The notes under the pieces are model-generated. The model was not told where the DNA came from, made no database searches, and worked only from the letters and a program-made list of their open reading frames with translations. The position numbers and the translations under genes are program-made. This document shows, piece after piece, positions 13,001 to 24,300 of a stretch of 59,336 nucleotides of DNA. This DNA comes from Mesotaenium endlicherianum (taxonomy: Eukaryota): positions 126,447 through 185,782 of the forward strand of contig WELA01002751.1 in assembly GCA_009602735.1 (NCBI GenBank), in the 5' to 3' direction. The first letter of the stretch is position 1. Every line of letters begins with the position of its first letter.

Positions 13001-16000
13001 TCTTGTGTCTCCCTCGGGGTGAAGCTTGCCCGCGTGGCCTGACAAGAGAGTGTTGAGCTGGCTGGTGTAGACATACTGAGCCTGGAGGCGGAGGTGCGAG
13101 CGCTGGAAGATCTCTCCAAGGGCCTCTTTCTGGAAGTGTGTGAGCTTCGCCAGGCCAAAGTACTTGCTAACAACCTCCACCCCCTGCTGACTCAGCTCTT
13201 GACTAACTAAGTCCCTTGCGCTCTCTTTGCACACATTTCTCTTCCTCCCCCTTCTCAGGAAGCTCTCTAGTTGAAGGTGAAGGTGCTTTGACTTAGACAG
13301 CAGTTAGTGCTTAGCTGCTGCAGAAGGAAAGGGTGTCCTTCACCTACTAGGTGGGTTTGTATGTGTGGGTGTTGTGCACGCGTGCGTGGATGTTGCCCTC
13401 GCCTTGTTTGTGATTTTGATAAGCATCCTGCAAATAGTGAAGAGCACGTGCGCATGTTCTGGCAAAGTCAGGTAGCACATACTCTTTGGTGACATGCACT
13501 GGTTTTCAGGCGTGACAGTTGAGGCTCGCTTGTGTGAGGCTGTATGTGCATGAGCGCTTGAACTCATACAAAGAGCATGTGGGGTGGAGATTGGTGCAGG
13601 AGGCCATGGCGTACTCGCGGACGTGGAGAGGCCATGTGAAGAACCTGCTGGGCTATGCTTGCTCCGCTTATTGTGTATATAAAATGTACAGTGTATGTGC
13701 TGTGTGCCATGCCCTTCCACCTCTGAATTGTACTGGTAGCTTCATGCGCAGCCCATGCACGTACACATTGATACGACGGATTAAAATTTGTTGCGTTGAC
13801 CTTTCTCCGCCAATTTACCATGTGAAGTATAGCAGCTGTATGTTTTGTATCATGCCTGAGAATTGTCGCGGTTTCTGCGTTAGCATCGTTAGCTTCAGTC
13901 CACCTGTGGCTGCCGTGTGAGGAGATAGTCCGGAAGGGCGATGGAGCATATTTCTCTGAACCCTCTATGCTTGGTTGGGTGTGGATGTGCTGGGCCTCTC
14001 TACTTTGTGGCAGTCAATGCGCAGTGTCATATTCAAAGAGGTTTGCTCCTGCCCAATGGCCCTCACCTGCCGATACAATGCATGTGCCATATGTCTGGCA
14101 ATTGCCGCAGGCTGCATGTGCTACTCCTGGCTCGTGCGTGAGACTGTGACGCTCTAGCACAGGAATGTTTAAACTGTGCCTCTTCCTGCATGTTCATCGC
14201 TTGGATGGGAGTGTCAAGTGCGATGCCTGATGCAACGCTGGCGCAGTCTGGAAGGGCTGCTGTTGCAGGGGCTCAATATTGTGTCTCTCGTTTGCTCCGC
14301 TGCATCCACGTCCTGTGCTGGTATTGACTGTGCCAGGGAGTGGGGCGGCGCTGCAGGGCCTGGAAGTGCTGGAGGGGGGGGGATCGGGCCACCGCGTGGA
14401 TCCTGTCACTCGCACGCTGGTGTTTGTCCTGCACTTTTTCCAGATCAAAGTGAACGTCGCCCTCTGGTCCCAGGTGCGAGCCCGCTCGTCATTGCACTCG
14501 CTTTTTCTTCTGATTTGGTGTATGTGGCCCGGTGCAAAAAGTTCTTCACTCTTGGAGCGTTTCGTGCTGCCGCTTGCCTGTCCTCAGAAATTTAACCACA
14601 CAAAACTAGGACACCACATAACATCAGAATATGCTGGACCTGTTACATAGAGACACTGCTGCTGCGTGGGTCGCTTTGTTGAGGTCCAGCTATGCTCACT
14701 TAGTGTGTCTAAGCAGACTGCCACTCTTCTCTTCTGATGCTCCAAGAGCTCCGTGGGCTCGACTTGATGCTATGGGGCACACAATGTCGAAGTCTGCCAC
14801 CGGCCATACTTCTCCAAACTCTCAGCCAGGTGGTAGCAGCAACGTGGATCAACTGACGTTCGTCTCCTCATTTTGCTGATTGGCAGTACATTTCGTTGAT
14901 ATTTATCGGCATGCTGATTACCATCTCGCTGCGAGGCTTTCTGTCAAACCTCATGAAGGTGAGTTAGCCAACCAAGGCCGTGGCCTCTTGTGAAACACCA
15001 TTGCTTCTGCGTCTGATCGCTGCCACAGGTTCCGTAACACGAGGTGTGTGATACGCGTGATAGTTGGTGCAGGCCTTTACACGTCAATAGACCAGATTAA
15101 GGAGGTAGGTCCTTTGAGTAGGGCGTCTTGCTGACTCAGTAATATAGTCTTCCGTTTGATTATGCCAGGTAGGGCTAATTCTCCAATAAATACATGTGTC
15201 TCGTCCTCCAGAGCACAGATGCGTCGTCTTTGGCGCCATGCAGACTGTTTGTTGCAATGTGATGACATTTTTGATTCACTGCGCCACAGCCTTGTTTCGT
15301 GAGCATCAGTATCGCACCTTGTTAGTGCCAACCCAAAATGATGGCACCAATGGCTCTGTGAGGCAGTTGGCTGACTTGGAGTTCGAGGCTCTGCTCAAGA
15401 CATGTCTGGTGTTCTCTGTATTGACGTTGTGCCAATTGGGGGTGGAGGGGTCGAGACAACAGTTTCTGTTTGCTGTTTCGGCTGGAGGCAGCGGCACTTC
15501 CAGCAATGTGGTGCTTTTTCTTGCCGAAATTATGGGCATGTACTTCATATCCTCAATTTTGCTCATTAGAAAGAGCCTTGCCGACAAATACAGGTGCGTT
15601 TGTGCGTGCCTGTCCCCTCTTGGACTCGCCAGTAGTCTATGAGCTGTGTCAGGGATGTTCTGATCGTTTTTTTCCTATGTGGCTTCTAGAAGCTCACTGC
15701 GTTCTTGGAGTTCAGGCCTCCAGTATACTGCACTACTGACATGTCCTTTCCGGTGTTGTGGCCTGGCTTAGCTTCATATGTATGATGATGATGTAACATA
15801 TGAAGCAGATAAATTTAGTTGGGTTAGCTGCAATAATCTGGACTACTAGTTGCTGCCACTGCGCGTTCTGAGTTTTGCATATGCGTATGTATTAGTTGTG
15901 AAACCGATATATCACATCCCGTTTAGCGTGTGGAGCAAGGCTCCGTGCCTGTGTAGTAAGTTGCCGTCATTATCCGACTTTGTGCTGGAGGGCACGCTTG

Positions 16001-16232
16001 CACTGCTCCTGACGCTCAAGTTGCTTCCACTTATTTGACAAGCACGCCTGACGTTTTTTTTTAAGCCTGTGTTCTTAGGCTGGTAATGACAGAGGTTTTG
16101 GGAGGTGATATCCAGTTTGACTTCTACCATCGGTGGTTTGACGCAATTTTCATTGCGAGCTCCCTTCTATCGCTGCTTCTTATTACAGCACACCATACGT
16201 CCAGAAGAGTGGACAAACACCCCACAGATTGA
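10035..16232 (+). CDS. GTG1: GPCR-type G protein / Golgi pH regulator (GTG1/GPR89), 13 exons: 10035-10246, 10529-10629, 11549-11656, 11876-11996, 12413-12542, ~12700-12799, 13071-13159, 13600-13692, 14014-14040, 14357-14473, 14887-14958, 15463-15593, 16079-16232
   Basis: Motifs [159 protein letters not shown]...DKHPTD*. Confidence 0.96.
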
Positions 16233-16862
16233 TACATATGATGCATATTTTTTCATTCGTTTGCAAGCATAATGGCATACTACATAAAGTATTTGCCGCT
16301 GATTTTAACGTGCTATTCCTTCATGAAGAAGCCAATGCGCGCTCACTTCATGTTGGTGGCTGTATCTGGCTAGTGTTTCATTCCACCTACAACATTTACT
16401 GGATGCGTATTTTGTCAATTGTTCCTTGCATCAAGTGCAACAGTTTCTAATTGCTGAACACATCATGGCCGATGCTCGAGCTCTTGAGCTTCAATGTAAG
16501 CCAGAAAGAGGACCTTGATTATCCGTTAGCCTATGACTTCCATGCAATGCCAAGAGAACGAAGCGTGCATGGATAATATTGTGCTTCTGTGTTAAATGTG
16601 TACTTATCTTGACTAATCCAATTACTAAAGAAAGTAGAACCATGCTGCACACCATACAACATTGTTATTTACATGGTATCTAGAAAATATCATACAATCC
16701 TACATTATGACGAAGCCTAATGTATTGACGACGACCTACAAAATTATGAACTGCTGTTGTGCTTTCCTGCTAAATAGTCTATAGCCTATGCATATTGAGT
16801 ACTTAAGCATGCCTCGATGGTGACCTAGAGCCATCCCATCACAACTTAAATATGTGAATGTC

Positions 16863-19800
16863 CTAAAGTGGGCGTATCCCCATCATACTCCGAAGCTGCT
16901 CATAGATAAAGAAAGTGATATTAGTATGTGGCCCAATCCTCATCCACACAGGTATGAATCCTTTATACATACCAGCAAAGCCCTCCGCCTGCAAACTCTT
17001 TCTGAAACAGTCGATGGCTGAAGAGTAGAGGAGGCCTTTGCCATCCACTCCCACTTGCTGCTGCATGATCCTGCGCACAGAAGCACGCAGCCACATACAG
17101 TGACTAATGTGCGCTTATTACATCATGGTGGGATCAGTCCACGAACACCAGAAGCAGTTGCTCGAGGCCCTCTATACAATGCCATCCGTTCATGCCTGTC
17201 TCGCGGTTGCAAACACGCAGTCACATTGTGCAACAGACATGCGTCAGGAGCGGCAGACGCTCCACGAATGGCACATCTATGAATAGTGGCATTGGAAGGA
17301 CGTAGAGGGCGTGGAAAGCAGCGGGCAATGGATTGAAAAGTACAAATGCTGAGCTTGGAAGCCTTCGATTATGGATGCTCCTTGACCTCCAAAGAGCAGG
17401 CGGGTGAATGAGTGCCGCATTCTTTCAGTGAATCGCATCTATGGTGTGATTTGGAACGCAGCAACTGAGCTCGGACAAAAACCACTACCTTGTCTTGACT
17501 AAGTCGACGGGAGCAATGACGACAGCTGTCACAAGGCCAGCAGTCATGGAAGAGGCAACGTGGCAGGGAATGCCTTCCGCAAAAACACCCGAGTTAAGGA
17601 GGAGGTGCTTCGTCTGATCGTAGCTCGGAATCTGCGCCGCGGTCAGCAGAGCGGCACGCTGCATGCTGGGGACCACTCCTCGGTACAGCCCGCCCAAACC
17701 CTCGTGCCGCGCGATGGTGGCAAACGCGTGGAAGGCTCCCGTGTACGCCCGCGCTGCAGCCGCACCACCTGCAAACAGTTGAACGCTTGGCCACTTGCTT
17801 TCAAGTCTGACAGCATCAAACTTCAAAGCACATGATGCTCACGCATGCATATGCACGTACTCGTCCCTCCCACTGCTGCCAAGAGTGCAGAGTCAACCAT
17901 GTAAATGTGGGTGAGAGCACACATTCTGGGCAGGGGAATAGTGCAGGTCTCTCTCTCACCTGCAAGATGCGGGTGAGGGGCAAGGAGGGGGGCTTGCATG
18001 CGGATCATGACAACATCTGTGGGGTTAGCCAGGGCACTGCCCAGCGTGCCGGAGGCAGCAGCTGCGCCCACCTTGACCCACAAAGGCGTGTGCGCTGCGT
18101 CCCGCGCTCCCAGCGCCTGCAGACCGCGCCACCACCCCCCCACTCTCCACACTCATGAGCCGACCCTTATTGACTCAGAGGTCTCCATGCTTAAGAACCT
18201 TCCACATGGCAAGCTGTGGCTGTGCTATGCCACGTCGGATGAGCAACATGACTAGGTACAATGGTGAAGGAGCACTAGCATGTTACGTGCTGCCACCTGG
18301 CAGACTCAAGGGCATCCACCCCCTTGCAGATCCCAGGTGTATACGAGAGAGAGCGCACTAGCATCACCAGAGGCAAGAAAGACGTGAAGCTGGGGCTGGC
18401 CCCAGTGTGCACATGCCCTCACCCACCTAGCTAGCTACCTGCTTGAAGGGCTCGTAGGCGCCCATGCGGATGCTGGAGTAGGACGCCTCGCGCAGCAGCG
18501 CGGCCGTGGTGCCCCGCCACAACCCCCTCACCCCCTCCTCCGCCCACACTTTCCACATGCCTCTTCCCAAGCCGTGGTATTGCTGCACCTGCCAACACCG
18601 GCACAGGACTCTTTCTTCTCGTCACGTGCTTTCGTATACGCTATGCGTGTCACATTGGAGGCTCGGCCATCTTCTGCTGCTGACAACGATGTGCCCAGAG
18701 ATGCTTAGAAATGTATGTCAACTTGTTGGGGGCTACAGAGGTTGCTCTCCTCCGCGGCAGAAGCTGCAGGTATAGGGTTTTACGTGTGTGGACAGCAAGC
18801 ATGCTGGTGTGTCGCTTGAGGAGGAACAGCCATAGCCCCAAGTGGCAAGCACAGGGTATCTAGGTGCACAGGTAGGCGCGGCAAGTGCCAGCAAGTCATG
18901 CGTTGTTCGCACGCACATCTGAAATTGCACACACTCAGGAAGAGCAGCCCGTCAAGCGTCCACACAAAGCTGTTTGCCTCCTGGCTTCAAGGGCACGGTA
19001 ATGCATGCTCTAATTTACGGCCGTCCAAATGGCCAAGGTGTATCGCGTGGAGATATGCGTATGGGTTGCGCCCCAGTGCCCCTCCCCAAAGCGCCTGCAT
19101 GGTTGGATTGGGACGCCAGAGACAGTGACGCACATTGCTGTGTGGAGCTTGCACGACCGCGAGCTGATGAGTCATCCTGCAGACGTTACAGTGGGAAGAC
19201 AAGACTACCTTGGCGGAGGAGAGAGCCCCATCAAGCTGCATTCGCACTTTCACAACATTGACCGGATTGGTAATGGCCGCAGCACACATGTTGCTCACGC
19301 CTGCTAGCACAAAGACCAGAAGAGTGCTATTCTTGAGCTGCTGTTTGCTTGCAGTCTGGACGGCTGAAGCACCTGCCCATACGTATAGAAGATGCACACA
19401 GGGCAAGAATGACCAGGGAGGATATAGTCGGGGTAGAAACGTTTTCAGCAAGAGCTATGTCGTCAGCAGTGTACAGGTCACACATCATACAGACAATCTG
19501 GGGGCGACCGCGCCACTCCTCATGCAGGGAGCTTCAGAGTTACAATAGTGGGAAGGGCAAACGTGAACAACCTGCAGCTGAACCAAAATGTGACATCGGT
19601 TGCCAGACCAGTTCCTGGGCGCTTAGGGCTCGTGATCATCAGTGTCGAGTATTTCATTCACCCATACAAGCATACATGTTGCTTTCAGCAAGAACACCAC
19701 ACTGGAGGGTGCATACACAAGTCCGTCTATGTGATGTTGCTGTAGAAAAAGTTGGTTAGCTCATCTTGGCCCCTTCACAGGATAATTCGAGGTGAAGTTC

Positions 19801-19912
19801 GAAACATAGACACAAATGGTTCACACCACAGGAATATGGTTCTTCCAAGCACAGTCCGCTATTAAGGAGCCAGTAAACGACTACCATCTTCTTTGAATGC
19901 TGCTGCAGCCAT
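16863..19912 (-). CDS. Mitochondrial carrier family protein, uncoupling-protein/ucpB-like. Exons: 19912-19885, 19372-19209, 18588-18439, 18116-17960, 17768-17489, 17070-16863
   Basis: Three carrier repeats: NPVNVVKVRMQL...EEGVRGLWRG...LLREASYSSIRMGAYEPFK; ANPTDVVMIRMQA...EGLGGLYRGVVPSMQRAALLTAAQIPSYDQTK; APVDLVKTRIM...EGFAGMYKGFIPVWMRIGPHTNITFFIYEQLR. The first exon (MAAAAFKED) is inferred from an ATG directly after an in-frame TGA and a phase-matched GT donor. Confidence 0.92.
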
Positions 19913-21383
19913 TCAAACTCTTGTGGTGGCCCTCAACTCGATCACTTTCCCCCTTATTGTTGCTCTCTTCAGCTCGTTTCTTGCGGTGGCCTTCGACCAC
20001 CTTTGATAATCCTTCAGTACCTCTAGCCGTGCGCAATAACCTACGTAATCTCAACAACGATGCGAGAGGCCCGGAAAATAGAGCTTAGCTCTTGAAATAT
20101 TTAAAGTCTTCGAAGATGCATCCTAGTGGTGCCCAACACCGAGAGCAACACGCAAAATCATCTCTGCGCAGGCTTCACCAGACAAAGAGATTACACGACA
20201 GCACCACGTAACAAACCATGTACTGCACTGTGCGAACTCCCTGGCACTTACTCTCACGCACGAACCAGGGTGGACACTCTTTTGCTGCGTCTACCTTCAC
20301 GGCTTGAGGACAAACTGACTCTCGGCCGTCAGCCTATAATCGACGACTCAATATAATCACTAATTTTTGCATGACCCTTACAGATCCACATATGTGTTAT
20401 TGAAGTCTAAAAGCCATAACATGTTTGTAACATATAATGGGAATGACATGTATCGGGCATGCAGCTAGTAGCCACCTCAACCAAGTAACCGTCTGTAGCC
20501 GGTCCCGATTGAAAAAGTAGCCCGGCTGGTAGCAATAAAACGTTAGAAGTGGCTTGAGGCACATTTATCGTGTATAGGCAGGGCACTTTATATTGGAAGA
20601 TGACTGCCATAAAGAACAAATTGAAATCGGAAGGAGGTCCTTTGACGGGGTCTACCCAGATCTACTTCTGGGCCCGTCTCGAGCCAGCACATGTTTAAAC
20701 AAACGGTCAACGATCCACGACCTGGCTCGACTAATATTCGACCTGGTCCAAACAGTGTTGCGACTTGCATGGCCTGATGTGTAACCATAAGCAAATGCAT
20801 TTGTGGAAAGACACTTATAAGCCGAGCTCCGAGGAAAACACGGCGGGCCCTTGTAGGTTGCTTCACAGCAATGATGAAGCTTAAGCACTCGTGATAGAGA
20901 AGATTATAAACGCAGAGACGCCTCATAATCATACAGCACATCTCTTTCGGACTATATATTTTCTAGTTTTTTCATTCTTAAAATTGGTGCATACTATGTA
21001 TAACTACGTTTCGGGAATTCACGTATTCTGAGGTTTGGAAGTCTTTGACAAAGTGCAAAGTGGCTGGAAAATTGCGTCGATAGATAAATTGTGTAATACG
21101 CGAACGTGGCGTTAATCTCCTTGTCTTCAGTTTTTCATTGGGGAGGACACACTAAGAAAGGGCAGAAGTTATAATCTTGTGGAGATGTTTTTGCACGCTA
21201 GAGGTGTGATGAGAATTTCGTCCATGTGAAAGGAAGGTTCAGGAAGTTTAGTTGAAGTTTAGAACAGTGGAATGGGATCCGTTGTGCACCGTAGGCGTTG
21301 CAATGGATGCAGCAACTAAGGTTTGAAATCGTTTTCTTGGTACGACGTATGCCTGCGACCACTCGTCTTGTTAAATGAAAAAT

Positions 21384-24300
21384 ATGACAAGTGATGTGTC
21401 AGGAACAGTGCTGCAATTTTCACCATGGAAAAGTGCTGTAGAAATTGGATTTTGGGAGCTGCTGGCACGTTTCAAGCTTGAGAAGTATCGGCTGAGTGAA
21501 GATCCCATATCTATAACAGGTAGAGTCTGTCCCAAGCTGATGGTTTGCTTTGCTGTTGTGATCGTGATATTTGTAGCTCTTTGGTGGTAATCTGAACTTG
21601 TTATACGGGCAACAAATACCTTATGTGGATATTGGTTACTTGCCCTGCAGGTTTTTTTTCGCCTTCCTCCCATAAGCAGGTGCCTTCTTACATAAATTTG
21701 ACGACAGATTCTTTTCAAGAAGATGAAGATGCTGATCCGAGTACTCTGAGTAGCCATGCTAGCGAAGATTCAAACTTAAAAGCTGGAGCTCTATGCTGTG
21801 TGCCTGGCTTGGTGCACAATACAAACACTAGGGAGACGTTTGTGGAGCTGGATAGACCTGCCTTGCTAAGATCGACTACTGAGAAGGTCAGTTTGTTGAC
21901 TCATCCGCGTCATGGCAGAAGCTTTTTTTTGACGAACTATTCTGCATTGTTCAATAGGAACATCTTGTTCATTTTGAGCCATCTTTCTCATGGCACTTGC
22001 TTCAGTGCACATATTTGTATTGGAATACACTGAAGACGCTGCTCCTCCTCTTGCTTGTAAGAGGCAAGCATCATGTGCTGGGAGACACAAACATATTTTT
22101 GCATCTCCTCAGTGTGGACCAAGCTTCTATGGCGCTCTAGCCCCCCCCTGCTTTCATATGAAGGGCCTGTGTGTTTCCATTTTGAGTGAAGTGCTTAGGC
22201 AGTCTACTTGTTCAATGCTTTCCCTGAGCTTGCTCCTCGTCCTTCCTGTGGCTACTTGCTCTTCTCTGCTCTTGTATGGCGTGATGCATTGACGGAGCAG
22301 ATATGGCAAAGCATCATGTCAGGAGAGGCAGAGACAGACCCTTCACTTCTGAATGCATTTGTGGTCATCTCGTTCGCGGATTTGAAGAAGTGGAAGTTCT
22401 ACTACTGGTGCGCATTCCCTGGCATTGTGATGCCCCAGGCTGCTATGCTGTCGGCTCCTCCCCAATCAGCGGCCACTCTCTTTGGCCCTCTCCAGGTGGG
22501 ACCTGTGAAAGACTTGGGGGTTGTCTTGGTTGGATTTGCACCCTGCTGTGGATATGTTTGCCACTTGTCAATCAAAGAAAAGCAGGTGCATGCAGAACCT
22601 TGTCCACTTTGTCATTGTCATTCTTGGTCATCAGTGCAAAGCCTCCGCAAGCATCGGTAGTAATTGACGTGAACATATTGTTTCCTGATAGGCGGAGGAT
22701 ATAATAGCTGCATACTCCACCTGGAGGAGACGAGGCAGTCAGAAGGAACCGCTGGCCAAGGCAGCAACTGTTGCGGCCGGAGGGGAAGGTTCTCCCCTCT
22801 CAGTCACAGCAGGTGCGGTTGAGATGCCTGCTGGAGAAGGCATGGTTGGGAACTCGAAGCCAACGCTGGGCGACAAAGGTGAAGCCAGAGGGAGAGAACA
22901 TTTTCACGCTGCCATGTTATATAGTAGTTCAACTAAGGAGAAGGAGCAGTGCGTTCCTGTGGCAGAGAAGGACGCGATGGCCCCAAGTGCCCTCCCAATT
23001 CCAGGCCCTGCAGGAGTGGGGGGGCCAGGAGTGAGCACTACCACAAGGTCATCCACTTCAGGTTGCTCCCGCTTTGGCACCCTCCTTCCTAAAGCTTTTT
23101 CTTCAGTTGTAGCTGAGAAGCAGTCCGTGTGTTGTTTTACGTTTTGCAGCTGTGGGGGGGGTTTCTTGGCTCCTCTGCCAATTGCCCCCCTCCCCCCCCC
23201 TCCCNNNNNNNNNNNNNNNNNNNNNNNNNNNNNNNNNNNNNNNNNNNNNNNNNNNNNNNNNNNNNNNNNNNNNNNNNNNNNNNNNNNNNNNNNNNNNNNN
23301 NNNNNNNNNNNNNNNNNNNNNNNNNNNNNNNNNNNNNNNNNNNNNNNNNNNNNNNNNNNNNNNNNNNNNNNNNNNNNNNNNNNNNNNNNNNNNNNNNNNN
23401 NNNNNNNNNNNNNNNNNNNNNNNNNNNNNNNNNNNNNNNNNNNNNNNNNNNNNNNNNNNNNNNNNNNNNNNNNNNNNNNNNNNNNNNNNNNNNNNNNNNN
23501 NNNNNNNNNNNNNNNNNNNNNNNNNNNNNNNNNNNNNNNNNNNNNNNNNNNNNNNNNNNNNNNNNNNNNNNNNNNNNNNNNNNNNNNNNNNNNNNNNNNN
23601 NNNNNNNNNNNNNNNNNNNNNNNNNNNNNNNNNNNNNNNNNNNNNNNNNNNNNNNNNNNNNNNNNNNNNNNNNNNNNNNNNNNNNNNNNNNNNNNNNNNN
23701 NNNNNNNNNNNNNNNNNNNNNNNNNNNNNNNNNNNNNNNNNNNNNNNNNNNNNNNNNNNNNNNNNNNNNNNNNNNNNNNNNNNNNNNNNNNNNNNNNNNN
23801 CCCCCCCGGTCCCCTTCGCCCTGGCCAAAAAACTGCTGGCAGGCAACCTGGTCTTTTCTTTCCTCGTCCACTACACAAGGTTACAGACGAGGAGTGAGAT
23901 ATGGTACGATGGATGTGTACGCAGTGGATTGAACTAATATTGCGAAGGCAAGTTGGCCTCATGACACGGTCCATGTGTGGCAGTTGTAGATCTAAGAGCA
24001 AGTCTGGCAGCCGTATGATGCAGATGAGACTACAGCCTCCTCCTCCTCCGCGTTTCTGCTGCGCATAAGCGACAACCACAGCACGACTGCGCACCCTCTC
24101 AGCAGGTGGCACCATCTGCAGAAGCAGGGCGGCCAGGTGTGCACCACCTGCTCTCTTACTTCAATCATTTCCTTCTTGCGGAACAATAGCCACCGCCTGT
24201 GCCACTGTGCTGCGTTGCTGCCATGATGCTCGTGGTGGTCACTGCTTCATTGGGCTTGCAAAAGGCTCCCAGACTTTTTCTCTGCCTATTGTTGATGCTC

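Noticed and set aside
20407..20941. Small ORFs between the carrier gene and ATG7
   Set aside because: No homology cues; consistent with divergent promoter or intergenic DNA.
22824..24115. Long ORFs of 244-403 aa on both strands
   Set aside because: Artefacts of translating through the N gap.
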